From: a virus
Lineage: Duplodnaviria > Heunggongvirae > Uroviricota > Caudoviricetes
IMG/VR virus record: IMGVR_UViG_2713896899_000007
Span: 7,041-71,040 of that record
Length of the DNA: 64,000 nt
Reading direction: 5' to 3' (one strand)
A program made the translations under genes and the position numbers. Below the pieces are notes generated by a model that worked only from the letters and a program-made list of their open reading frames with translations, ran no database searches and was not told the origin of the DNA. The stretch's first letter is position 1. Every line of letters starts with the position of its first letter. Positions 29,251-37,796 of the stretch are shown here, piece by piece.

Positions 29251-29287
29251 AAATAACAAATTGTTTTCTTGTTGGCGTTAATTATCG
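29251..29287 (-). promoter_or_regulatory. conserved early promoter/leader element
   Basis: Minus strand reads CGATAATTAACGCCAACAAGAAAACAATTTGTTATTT, a member of the roughly 10-copy family. Confidence 0.55.
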
Positions 29288-29438
29288 TTGTACGAATAAG
29301 GCGTCAAAGTGGAAAGTTGCGGTAGCCGGACGGGAACAGGTGGGTTTGTCGGTTGCCTGGAGGTAAGAGGTTGGTGTTTTTAGCCTGCGGGGAACAGGAT
29401 GGTCATTTAAGGCCACCAGCGTTAACTGGTGGCGTTTG

Positions 29439-30137
29439 TCATGCTGGAATCATATCTAATTGAAAAGATTCCATTATATATGTTGGTTCATCGATGTAGT
29501 CCTTCAGCCTATTGTCAAATGACTCAAGCGGATTGTATGGCGGATGATGCCGCTCCGAGTATTCATTTAAAAGATGCCCCATTATCAGTTCGATACCCAT
29601 CTCTACTCCTGAAACTCCGAACCATACATTGTGCGTTAGTTGCTGGGCGTCTGTATCCAGTACGCGAACGCCATCAACAAGATTTATTAGATTCCTGTGG
29701 TTTTCGTGTACTGTAACCTCTCCGCTGGTTAAGTCTATTTCAGCGAGAAAATATGGTCTTTTGCTTCCGTCGGACTTTTTGAAATGACCGTCATAAGCGA
29801 TAGCAAACCACGCTTTACTAAAGTCCTTGTTGGCGTAAGTGGTGCACATACAACTAGGATAATCATCAATGTTAAACCAATCAGGAAACGGATCATCTTT
29901 AGACGAGCCAGCAAAATCATCAGCTAGTTCGTAGCTAATGTCTGGGTTGTACTTGCTGACAAAATCATCTACATCCTCTACATCCTCAACACCTTTCCAA
30001 ACTTTACATCTCTCCGACCAAAAGAATCTCGCAATATCCGAAATGACTGGGAAACGTTTTTCAATTGAATTTATCAACTCTGCATGTTCTTTAAGAGATT
30101 TACGCTTGTTGATAAGCTTCTGAAGATGCGTACTCAT
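29439..30137 (-). CDS. hypothetical protein
   Basis: 232 aa ORF. GATAAT-type promoter at about 30165 with an upstream palindrome at 30188-30210. Confidence 0.6.
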   Translation of the reverse strand: MSTHLQKLINKRKSLKEHAELINSIEKRFPVISDIARFFWSERCKVWKGVEDVEDVDDFVSKYNPDISYELADDFAGSSKDDPFPDWFNIDDYPSCMCTTYANKDFSKAWFAIAYDGHFKKSDGSKRPYFLAEIDLTSGEVTVHENHRNLINLVDGVRVLDTDAQQLTHNVWFGVSGVEMGIELIMGHLLNEYSERHHPPYNPLESFDNRLKDYIDEPTYIMESFQLDMIPA

Positions 30138-30251
30138 TTTTAATTCCTCGTTTGTTTTTGATGTGATAATTATCGCAGTCAGATTAAGGCAGAAAACAAA
30201 TTGTTATCGGGCATAAGAAAATGGCGCGGTTTACGCGCCATTTAAAGAGGA

Positions 30252-30647
30252 TTAAGCGAATACGCTTTCAGGGATTAAGGTGTCAGCAGGAATGCCGGAG
30301 GTAATACGCAGACCGTACTGACCAATCCAGGTGGTGCTGGTGTTCAGGCTGGAGGTGAATACGGAATTAACCATATTCATCATGGTTTCAAACACCTCTT
30401 CATCAACCTGGCGGAAGTAGTTCTCGATTTTCAGCAGCAGCGGGTCAGTTGCATCGAGAATGGACTGGTATTGCGTCGCGTACTCGCCGCCGGAGGCATC
30501 ACCTTTACGCACGATCGTACTGGCCTGTACTTCGGCACCAGTTTCGGTGTTGTACGTAACAACGGTGATTTTTGCCACATTCTTACCTTCGGCGGTTTCA
30601 GAGGCATAGTAAACATCAACTGTCAGTTTTTCGCGTTTAACGGTCAT
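30252..30647 (-). CDS. hypothetical protein
   Basis: 131 aa ORF followed by hairpin aatggcgcg...cgcgccatt (30221-30243). Confidence 0.6.
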   Translation of the reverse strand: MTVKREKLTVDVYYASETAEGKNVAKITVVTYNTETGAEVQASTIVRKGDASGGEYATQYQSILDATDPLLLKIENYFRQVDEEVFETMMNMVNSVFTSSLNTSTTWIGQYGLRITSGIPADTLIPESVFA

Positions 30648-30690
30648 TTCACTCTCCGTAGTGTCTTGGTTATTTTTCTATTTTATAGCC

Positions 30691-30706
30691 GTAAGTATGT
30701 ACTTAC
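30691..30706. repeat. TAAGTA-type palindrome GTAAGTAtgTACTTAC
   Basis: Perfect 7-bp arms, upstream of the 30647 start. Confidence 0.6.
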
Positions 30707-30773
30707 AATACAAAAAAGCCCCGTAAGGATGGCGGGGCTGTCGTACTGTCGACTAATTACCACTTGCACATTA

Positions 30774-31085
30774 TCAGGCTATTGCCATCACTGATGCTCT
30801 CTGAATTTCTTGTTGGGCCACGCGGTTAACTTCCATCAAAGCCAGTTCGAGCTGATGTTCCGGCCACATTCTTTGAAATGCCACCCAGCCTTTTCCACGC
30901 TGGCGACGAACATTCATTACATAACGAGTAAAGGTGTTTTTATCGAAAGACACCGCTGTTTCACGGAACAGACGAATAGAGGTTCCATTGGCAACGATGT
31001 CCAGCAAAGTTAATTGAGCAACTAGCGCAGGCTTCTCTTTTCGCTTCTGGTCTTTGTCCAGACCAAGAACCAATGATTTTTTCAT
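30774..31085 (-). CDS. hypothetical protein
   Basis: ATG 31085 has a GGAG RBS. About 103 aa. Conserved promoter at 31095-31131. Confidence 0.55.
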   Translation of the reverse strand: MKKSLVLGLDKDQKRKEKPALVAQLTLLDIVANGTSIRLFRETAVSFDKNTFTRYVMNVRRQRGKGWVAFQRMWPEHQLELALMEVNRVAQQEIQRASVMAIA

Positions 31086-31094
31086 CACAACTCC

Positions 31095-31131
31095 GTAAAC
31101 AACTTGTTTTCTCAATGGCGTAAATAATACC
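31095..31131 (-). promoter_or_regulatory. conserved early promoter/leader element
   Basis: Minus strand reads GGTATTATTTACGCCATTGAGAAAACAAGTTGTTTAC. Confidence 0.55.
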
Positions 31132-31238
31132 AGTAAGAAAACGGCTACAAAGCATAATGATCAGGTGCATGATCGATATGCAGGTTCCTCCCTGCGGCTA
31201 TAGAGAAATTAAGCCAGCATTGCTGGCTTTGGTTGAGG

Positions 31239-31568
31239 TTACGCGAATACTTCAAGAAACTCCTGAACGTCCCAATGCTGGACAAGGTGAAGATAGACCT
31301 TAGAAATCACGTCATTCTCGCTATCGCATGTGAAGTAGTACTTCTGGCTGCGGTTGTATGTGTCCACACAAAATTCGCTCATATCCATAAAGTCAGCATC
31401 TTCTCCCATGTCGCAAATCATCAAAGCAGGTGCGTCATCACGAGTCATCAGCTCAAGCACCCACCGCGAATTGATCAGAGTGGAAGACCAACCTTCCAGC
31501 TCACAGAACTGGTCAAACTCTTTTTGAGTCAATTTCTTAATTTGGTTGATGTCGATATGTGCAAACAT
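31239..31568 (-). CDS. hypothetical acidic protein
   Basis: ATG 31568 has a TAAGGA RBS. ATG 31589 lies inside the promoter motif. Confidence 0.55.
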   Translation of the reverse strand: MFAHIDINQIKKLTQKEFDQFCELEGWSSTLINSRWVLELMTRDDAPALMICDMGEDADFMDMSEFCVDTYNRSQKYYFTCDSENDVISKVYLHLVQHWDVQEFLEVFA

Positions 31569-31578
31569 AAAGCAATCC

Positions 31579-31614
31579 TTAAACAACATGTTTTCTTATT
31601 GGTGTTATTATCGC
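31579..31614 (-). promoter_or_regulatory. conserved early promoter/leader element
   Basis: Minus strand reads GCGATAATAACACCAATAAGAAAACATGTTGTTTAA. Confidence 0.55.
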
Positions 31615-31928
31615 AATAACGCACAGGCGAAAAAGGATTTTATTCCGGTGAATGTGGTTTTGGCAGTGAGTTTTCAGGTTCAGTACCGAGTACACTTTTT
31701 ACATTATTCTGATTTAGTGGCCGAAGATGGCTGGTGGGCAGAATAATCCTCTCCCCGAAAACCTACTGAAATCGATTGTGACCCGCTGGCTGTCTGGCAC
31801 AATTACGCTGTAGCTGGGCATTCAGAGGGAATCCAGCGGTAAGTTCGCCTGCACGTGAGCGCCTCTCTTCTTACCGCACATTACAGGTGGGTAGCCGCAA
31901 CTCTCCCTCACGCTATACCGGTACGCCA

Positions 31929-32060
31929 CCGTTCCTGAACCGGCATCGAGCCTTTTCCCGAAATCCACACAGGCAACTCTACCGTTTCCCTGAAAATCCC
32001 CAGCCGTTCCCCGAAGGCAACCCAGCCGTTTCTGTAGCGGGATGCAGCCTTTCCCTGTAT
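31929..32060 (+). repeat. iteron cluster B, six copies phased at 22 bp
   Basis: Copy starts at 31929, 31951, 31982, 32004, 32026 and 32048. Consensus is cAGCCGTTTCCCtGAAAA. Confidence 0.75.
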
Positions 32061-32119
32061 GGACCGAAGGCTGACCGTAGGGGTGTTACGGGGGATAAAA
32101 TCAGGAGTTGAATAAATAC

Positions 32120-32990
32120 GAAAAAGGAGGCGACACCCCTACTTCCCTCTCCACTTATACATACCAGGCTTCTTCGCTATACATGTTGTGTTTTCTTCGT
32201 GTTTTATCTGTCTCAACCTCTCTATAGGCGTTAATGCTCACTCCTACCAGAACGTTCTATACGGCGACTATTTCTGTTGGTGGATTAGGTGTGTTGTTTT
32301 CTCTGTCGGTGTATGTGGTTTCGTTCGTTTTGCGGTGGTTCTTCTATGGGGTGTTCTCGTCGTTTTGGTGATTGTTCTTCTCCGTATATGGAGTAATGGC
32401 AGGTGGGCGATTGCTTTCGTTATTGTGTTTGAGTTGTTTGTCTGGAGTGTGTGAAAGGCTTTTGTAGTTATTCGTGTATTGGGTAATGGCGTTTCCCGTG
32501 ATTGTTATGTTTCGTGTCTTTTGGGATTGAGAGAAACCTTGCGGTTACAGGCTTCGTTGGGGTTTCAGTGATTCTGGTGTTTCTTCGCTGTTTGGGGAAT
32601 GGCGTGTCGTGGGTATCGCGCGTGTGAATGTTTTCGGATTGCCTGTGAAAGTTAGGTTGGTTATCCGGTAGCCTGGGAAGAAGAGGTGGGTCTTTTCGGT
32701 AGCCTGCCATAAAGAGGTTGGTTGTTTTTGGGAATGGCATGTGTGTTATTTAGTTGTTTTGTTATGCCTGAAAATAAGTTGTTTATATGGTTGTGTAACG
32801 CAACGGGAGCGATTTTGAGCGTGTGTTTTTGTTGGTAGTGTGTTGAGTCGTCTGTGGTGAAAATTGGACGCTGTGGAGCTGTCTGCTGCGTAGGATTACG
32901 GGTATAAGAAGTGATGTGTGAAAACGTCAATTTTTTAGACCAAATCGGGAGAAAGCGTTGATGTTTCGTTGATCTGTTATTTAGTTGTTT
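32120..32990 (-). ncRNA. candidate long C+A-rich untranslated transcript (hypothetical)
   Basis: A family promoter at 32974-33006 points into a stretch with no credible ORF. The plus strand is 72-85% G+T in the three 60-nt lines I counted. The ends are not defined. Confidence 0.25.
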
Positions 32991-33006
32991 TCTTATTGGT
33001 ATAAAC
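32974..33006 (-). promoter_or_regulatory. conserved early promoter/leader element with no downstream ORF
   Basis: Minus strand reads GTTTATACCAATAAGAAAACAACTAAATAACAG. A partial second copy lies at 32745-32765. Confidence 0.5.
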
Positions 33007-33136
33007 AACTGTAACCTATTGATATTTAAGGATGTGATTGCAGGCATGGAAGGGGAGTAGTGGCGATCAACGGATTCTTATAGAAAAGAATCAAATTGTG
33101 ACCGCCATTATCAACGGTTTGAATATGTTTGCAGAT

Positions 33137-33436
33137 TTACCAGTTCCAGCACTCAAGCCCTTCAACGACCGGCGCACCACAATCAAAATGTACAGAGTCA
33201 AAGCCTACATCAAGTACTTTCTGAATGTTAGCAATCGCGCCTTCGGATATACCATATCGACGCAAGTCGTCTTTCCAGACATCATCCTGTAACCCGGCGT
33301 GGACAATACAACCGCCATCAATTTGTGAAACCCAATCCAGCTCATTGCTTGCGATCATGAATCGGCGAGCATCTTCCTCTGATGTATGAGATGAACTGAT
33401 CAATGCCACCTGGTAGGCTTGGGTAATGTTCAACAT
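33137..33436 (-). CDS. DUF5983-like small protein (recollection of plasmid/prophage family)
   Basis: The ALISSSHTSEED...VHFDCGAPVVEGLECWNW pattern (ISTSH...HFD....L.G...W end) fits the family as I recall it. ATG 33436 has a GGAG RBS. Confidence 0.55.
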   Translation of the reverse strand: MLNITQAYQVALISSSHTSEEDARRFMIASNELDWVSQIDGGCIVHAGLQDDVWKDDLRRYGISEGAIANIQKVLDVGFDSVHFDCGAPVVEGLECWNW

Positions 33437-33447
33437 TTCAACCACTC

Positions 33448-33517
33448 CAAAACAAGTTGTTTTCTTATGTGGCTTATTATCTCTAACAACAAAAGGCAGA
33501 AAACAAATTGTTTTAGG
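33448..33517 (-). promoter_or_regulatory. early promoter with two AAAACAAnTTGTTTT palindromes flanking GATAAT
   Basis: Minus strand reads CCTAAAACAATTTGTTTTCTGCC...GAGATAATAAGCCACATAAGAAAACAACTTGTTTTGG. Confidence 0.6.
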
Positions 33518-33636
33518 TACTGTGTAAATCAGAAGGGATTGTGTCTATATGAAAATGCCCGGCGTGTTGCCGGGCATTGCGAAGAGAGGTTGTTTAATTA
33601 CTTAACCTGGTGGCCAGGTTTAGCACCGGCATCCGG
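33496..33636 (-). repeat. diverged copy of metG 3' end (12 codons + stop) + terminator + phage palindrome
   Basis: Aligns without gaps to 34364-34504 with 18 mismatches. The remnant encodes [12 protein letters not shown]. Confidence 0.9.
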
Positions 33637-34315
33637 CTGCAGGATGGGAGGTTACGTTCGCGCTATGTTGATATTCTGATTGACGCCATTTGTGCCAAAT
33701 CATCTCCTTATAGGATTCATATTGCGTTCGGTACTCTGGCTTCAAGTCAGATATGCCTTTATTCACTACCGCTCGTACGTTTACTAATAATTCGTGCTCA
33801 ATGCCTTTACTCTCTAAATATTCTACAACACCAGCATCGGGGCCAATTGCCCTGCCGTTAAAGACCATTTCCAGCATAAGCTCTGTTTCAGCAAAATAGA
33901 TAGGTGAGGAACCAGGTGCACACAGCTTAATAGCAGTAAGATTGTCCAACAGGTCGGCCAATTTAATCATTCGCGTCTGCATATCCAACGTCTTTTGCAA
34001 TTCGCGAACATTAATAATGAATCTCGCAAGACTATCGCCGTCGTCTGGTTTGGCAACGTTTGCCAGCGCCAGTACCATCTCAGCTACACGATTCCCGAAA
34101 TACTCGCGTACCATTTCGATAGTGATATGGGTATCTTCAATAACACCATGTAATAATGCAGCAGCCTGCATTTCGACAGTGCCTCCGTGCCAAGCAACAA
34201 TCTCACGCACAGAAACTGGGTGTGTAACGTAGTCTTCCCCCGTATATCTACGCTTCTTACCTACACCACCATACACTCCAACGGCAAACATATGAGCTTT
34301 ATCAACAATCGACAT
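33620..34315 (-). CDS. HD-domain (SpoT/Mesh1-like alarmone hydrolase family) protein, HD motif changed to HG
   Basis: GEDYVTHPVSVREIV...AALLHGVIEDT. Paralog of 42687..43328. ATG 34315 has a GGAG RBS. The C-terminal tail runs into the metG remnant. Confidence 0.75.
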   Translation of the reverse strand: MSIVDKAHMFAVGVYGGVGKKRRYTGEDYVTHPVSVREIVAWHGGTVEMQAAALLHGVIEDTHITIEMVREYFGNRVAEMVLALANVAKPDDGDSLARFIINVRELQKTLDMQTRMIKLADLLDNLTAIKLCAPGSSPIYFAETELMLEMVFNGRAIGPDAGVVEYLESKGIEHELLVNVRAVVNKGISDLKPEYRTQYESYKEMIWHKWRQSEYQHSANVTSHPAAGCRC

Positions 34316-34363
34316 AATTTGCTCCATTATTTTGTTAATACTGTTACTCTAACTGATAATAGA

Positions 34364-34504
34364 ACGCAGAAAACAAATTGTTTTAGGGGCTGAGTAAATC
34401 AGAAGGGATTGCGTCTATATGAAAATGCCCAGCAATACGCTGGGCATTGTGAAGAATGGTTGTTTAGTTACTTAACTTGGTGGCCTGGTTTAGCACCAGC
34501 ATCC
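34364..34504 (-). repeat. phage palindrome + metG terminator + metG 3' end (partner of 33496-33636)
   Basis: See the alignment for the partner repeat. The terminator stem is aatgcccagc/gctgggcatt (34422-34446). Confidence 0.9.
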
Positions 34505-36501
34505 GGGCTTAACAGGAAGATATCTTTCCCGCCGGGGCCAGCAGCCATCACCATGCCTTCGGAGATACCGAAGCGCATTTTACGCGGAGCCAGGTTAGCC
34601 ACCATAATTGTGTGACGACCAATCAGTGCCTGTGGGTCTGGATAAGCAGAACGGATGCCTGAGAAGACATTACGCTTTTCACCACCGAGATCCAGTGTCA
34701 GGCGCAACAGTTTGTCAGAACCTTCAACAAACTCCGCGTTTTCAATCAGCGCCACACGCAGGTCAACTTTGGCGAAGTCGTCAAAGGTGATGGTTTCCTG
34801 AATCGGGTCGTCAGCCAGTGGGCCAGTAACTGGCGCGGCAGTAGCTTTCACTTCTTCTTTGGATGCTTCCACCAGTGCTTCCACCTGTTTCATATCGATA
34901 CGGTTATACAGTGCCTTGAACGGATTCACTTTATGGCCCAGCAGCGGTTGCTGGATACCATCCCAGGTCAGTTCTGTATTCAGGAATGCTTCTGCACGTT
35001 CAGTCAGTTTCGGCAGTACCGGTTTCAGATACGTCATCAGCACGCGGAACAGGTTAATGCCCATAGAGCAAATCGCCTGCAGATCTGCATCGCGACCTTC
35101 CTGCTTCGCCACCACCCACGGAGCCTGTTCATCGACATAGCGGTTAGCCAGGTCAGCCAATGCCATGATTTCACGGATAGCTTTACCAAATTCGCGGCTT
35201 TCCCATGCTTCGCCAATCACTTCAGCGGCATCAGTAAAGGTTTTGTACAGTTGCGGGTCAGCCAGTTCGCTTGCCAGCACGCCGTCAAAACGCTTGTTGA
35301 TAAAGCCTGCATTACGGGAGGCCAGGTTAACCACTTTGTTAACAATATCGGCATTCACTCGCTGAACGAAATCCTCCAGGTTGAGATCGATATCATCAAT
35401 GCGCGAAGAGAGTTTCGCAGTGTAGTAGTAACGCAGGCTGTCAGCGTCAAAATGATTCAGCCAGGTGCTGGCTTTAATAAAGGTGCCGCGAGACTTGGAC
35501 ATCTTCGCACCGTTCACCGTCACATAGCCATGAACAAACAGGTTGGTCGGCTTGCGGAAGTTGCTGCCTTCCAGCATGGCAGGCCAGAACAGACTGTGGA
35601 AGTAAACGATATCTTTACCGATGAAGTGGTACAGCTCGGCGGTGGAGTCTTTCTTCCAGTATTCATCGAAGCTGGTGGTATCGCCGCGCTTGTCGCACAG
35701 ATTCTTGAAGGAACCCATGTAGCCAATCGGTGCGTCCAGCCAGACGTAGAAATATTTACCCGGCGCGTTCGGAATTTCAAAACCGAAGTAAGGTGCGTCG
35801 CGGGAGATATCCCACTGTTGCAGACCAGATTCAAACCACTCCTGCATTTTGTTTGCCACCTGCTCCTGCAACGCACCGCTGCGGGTCCATGCCTGCAACA
35901 TTTCGCTGAAAGAGGGCAGATCAAAGAAGAAGTGTTCAGAATCACGCATTACCGGGGTAGCACCAGAAACCACCGATTTCGGCTCGATCAGTTCAGTCGG
36001 GCTGTAGGTCGCGCCACAAACTTCACAGTTATCGCCGTATTGATCTGGCGCTTTACATTTCGGGCAGGTGCCTTTCACAAAACGATCCGGCAGGAACATG
36101 CCTTTTTCCGGGTCGTACAACTGAGAGATAGTGCGGTTTTTAATAAAACCGTTCTCTTTCAGGCGAGTATAAATAAGCTCAGACAGCTGGCGGTTCTCTT
36201 CGCTGTGCGTCGAGTGATAGTTGTCATAGCTGATGTTAAAGCCTGCGAAATCAGTCTGGTGTTCCTGACTCATTTCGCCAATCATCTGCTCCGGTGTGAT
36301 ACCAAGTTGCTGTGCTTTCAGCATGATCGGCGTACCGTGGGCATCGTCGGCACAGATGAAATTAACCTCGTGGCCGCGCATTCGCTGGTAACGAACCCAG
36401 ACATCAGCCTGGATGTGCTCCAGCATATGGCCGAGGTGGATTGAGCCGTTAGCGTACGGCAGCGCGCACGTCACCAGAATTTTCTTCGCGACTTGGGTCA
36501 T
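34468..36501 (-). CDS. metG: methionine--tRNA ligase
   Basis: 677 codons from ATG 36501 ([25 protein letters not shown]...KMSKS...). Near-identical to E. coli MetG as I recall it. The 43-codon upstream extension in the track is spurious. Confidence 0.97.
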   Translation of the reverse strand: MTQVAKKILVTCALPYANGSIHLGHMLEHIQADVWVRYQRMRGHEVNFICADDAHGTPIMLKAQQLGITPEQMIGEMSQEHQTDFAGFNISYDNYHSTHSEENRQLSELIYTRLKENGFIKNRTISQLYDPEKGMFLPDRFVKGTCPKCKAPDQYGDNCEVCGATYSPTELIEPKSVVSGATPVMRDSEHFFFDLPSFSEMLQAWTRSGALQEQVANKMQEWFESGLQQWDISRDAPYFGFEIPNAPGKYFYVWLDAPIGYMGSFKNLCDKRGDTTSFDEYWKKDSTAELYHFIGKDIVYFHSLFWPAMLEGSNFRKPTNLFVHGYVTVNGAKMSKSRGTFIKASTWLNHFDADSLRYYYTAKLSSRIDDIDLNLEDFVQRVNADIVNKVVNLASRNAGFINKRFDGVLASELADPQLYKTFTDAAEVIGEAWESREFGKAIREIMALADLANRYVDEQAPWVVAKQEGRDADLQAICSMGINLFRVLMTYLKPVLPKLTERAEAFLNTELTWDGIQQPLLGHKVNPFKALYNRIDMKQVEALVEASKEEVKATAAPVTGPLADDPIQETITFDDFAKVDLRVALIENAEFVEGSDKLLRLTLDLGGEKRNVFSGIRSAYPDPQALIGRHTIMVANLAPRKMRFGISEGMVMAAGPGGKDIFLLSPDAGAKPGHQVK

Positions 36502-36658
36502 AGTAGGCATTACTTCTTTGTAGTGAAAAGGGGCTTGATAGTAACAAAATGGCCTTATGTCTGCCATGTGATAACAGCATTTCTCATAAATGATTAAATG
36601 TCGTAGCTGGAGTACACTACAAGGCGACAATTGCGCAAATTAAAATAAAGGAGACGGG

Positions 36659-37759
36659 ATGAGCGAGTCCAAATCGCCGGATGCCCTGAGAGCAATGGTA
36701 GCCGGTACGCTGGCTAATTTTCAGCACCCAACCCTGAAACACAACCTGACTACGCTTAAAGCGTTACACCATGTTGCGTTGATGGATGACACACTGCATG
36801 TCGAACTAATCATGCCTTTCGTGTGGAATAAGCCTTTTGAAGACCTGAAAGAGCAATGTAGTGGTGATCTGCTCCGTATCACTGGCGCAAAGGCTATTGA
36901 CTGGAAGCTGTCGTACAACATTGCCACGCTTAAGCGCGTCAAAAACCAACCAGGCATTAATGGTGTTAAGAATATTATCGCCGTAAGCTCAGGCAAGGGC
37001 GGTGTAGGCAAATCGTCCACAGCAGTAAACTTGGCACTGGCGTTGGCTGCTGAAGGTGCGAAAGTTGGTATTTTGGATGCCGATATCTACGGGCCATCAA
37101 TACCAACCATGCTGGGCGCGGAAAACCAACGTCCAACCTCACCGGACGGTACTCACATGGCACCTATCATGTCTCATGGCCTGGCAACCAATTCAATTGG
37201 CTATCTGGTCACCGACGACAATGCAATGGTGTGGCGTGGACCGATGGCCAGCAAGGCGCTGATGCAGATGTTGCAGGAAACACTGTGGCCTGATCTGGAC
37301 TATCTCGTTCTCGATATGCCGCCGGGCACTGGTGATATTCAGTTGACGCTGGCGCAGAACATTCCTGTAACTGGTGCGGTTGTGGTAACTACGCCGCAAG
37401 ACATCGCGCTGATCGATGCGAAGAAAGGCATTGTGATGTTCGAAAAAGTCGAAGTGCCAGTACTGGGTATCGTTGAAAACATGAGTGTGCATATTTGCAG
37501 TAACTGCGGTCATCACGAGCCAATTTTTGGCACCGGTGGCGCACAGAAACTGGCCGAGAAATACAACACGCAGTTGTTAGGCCAAATGCCACTTCATATC
37601 TCTCTTCGTGAAGATCTGGATAACGGAACACCAACCGTTATTAGTCGTCCAGATAGTGAATTTACGGCTATTTATCGTGACCTCGCAGATCGCGTTGCTG
37701 CCCAAATGTATTGGCAAGGTGAAGTAATACCTGGCGAAATCGCATTCCGCGCAGTGTGA
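36659..37759 (+). CDS. apbC: Fe-S cluster carrier ATPase Mrp/ApbC
   Basis: AVSSGKGGVGKSS P-loop and a CSNCGHH motif. Divergent from metG as in the E. coli chromosome. Confidence 0.95.
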   Translation: MSESKSPDALRAMVAGTLANFQHPTLKHNLTTLKALHHVALMDDTLHVELIMPFVWNKPFEDLKEQCSGDLLRITGAKAIDWKLSYNIATLKRVKNQPGINGVKNIIAVSSGKGGVGKSSTAVNLALALAAEGAKVGILDADIYGPSIPTMLGAENQRPTSPDGTHMAPIMSHGLATNSIGYLVTDDNAMVWRGPMASKALMQMLQETLWPDLDYLVLDMPPGTGDIQLTLAQNIPVTGAVVVTTPQDIALIDAKKGIVMFEKVEVPVLGIVENMSVHICSNCGHHEPIFGTGGAQKLAEKYNTQLLGQMPLHISLREDLDNGTPTVISRPDSEFTAIYRDLADRVAAQMYWQGEVIPGEIAFRAV

Positions 37760-37762
37760 TAA

Positions 37763-37787
37763 AAAGGTGGTGCATTGCACCACCTAA
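37763..37787. terminator. bidirectional hairpin between mrp and humD-like gene
   Basis: aggtggtgca t tgcaccacct. Confidence 0.6.
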
Positions 37788-37796
37788 ACAGTTCTC

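Noticed and set aside
28583-31737. Chi octamers near the iterons: CCACCAGC at 28583, and GCTGGTGG at 28707 and 31730.
   Set aside because: I found about 10 Chi octamers in the window (for example at 304, 1395, 7546, 16421, 23770 and 29413). That density is similar to E. coli DNA, so the placement could be chance.
32188-32454. 88-aa very hydrophobic plus-strand ORF in the G+T-rich region.
   Set aside because: The hydrophobicity follows automatically from GTT/TTT/GTG-rich sequence. The ORF has a non-ATG start, no RBS and no promoter.
31929-32740. Possible CRISPR array.
   Set aside because: The repeats are 14-18 bp, degenerate and 22 bp apart, which leaves no spacer-sized unique segments. No cas genes are present.
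32468-33047. Minus-strand ORFs of 90 and 128 aa in the C+A-rich region.
   Set aside because: The products are low-complexity Pro/Thr/His/Asn/Gln/Lys, as dictated by base composition. The 128-aa ORF starts upstream of the only promoter element.
34933-36444. 503-aa plus-strand ORF (and other long ORFs antisense to metG, the tape measure gene, etc.).
   Set aside because: It lies antisense to a gene whose product is near-identical to E. coli MetG. Its composition is typical of a shadow ORF. The same reasoning applies to the plus-strand ORFs inside 3996-8582, 12698-13618 and 14593-15480.
36502-36630. 43-codon N-terminal extension of the metG ORF in the track.
   Set aside because: The canonical MTQVAKK start is at 36501. 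The extension covers the native metG-mrp promoter region.
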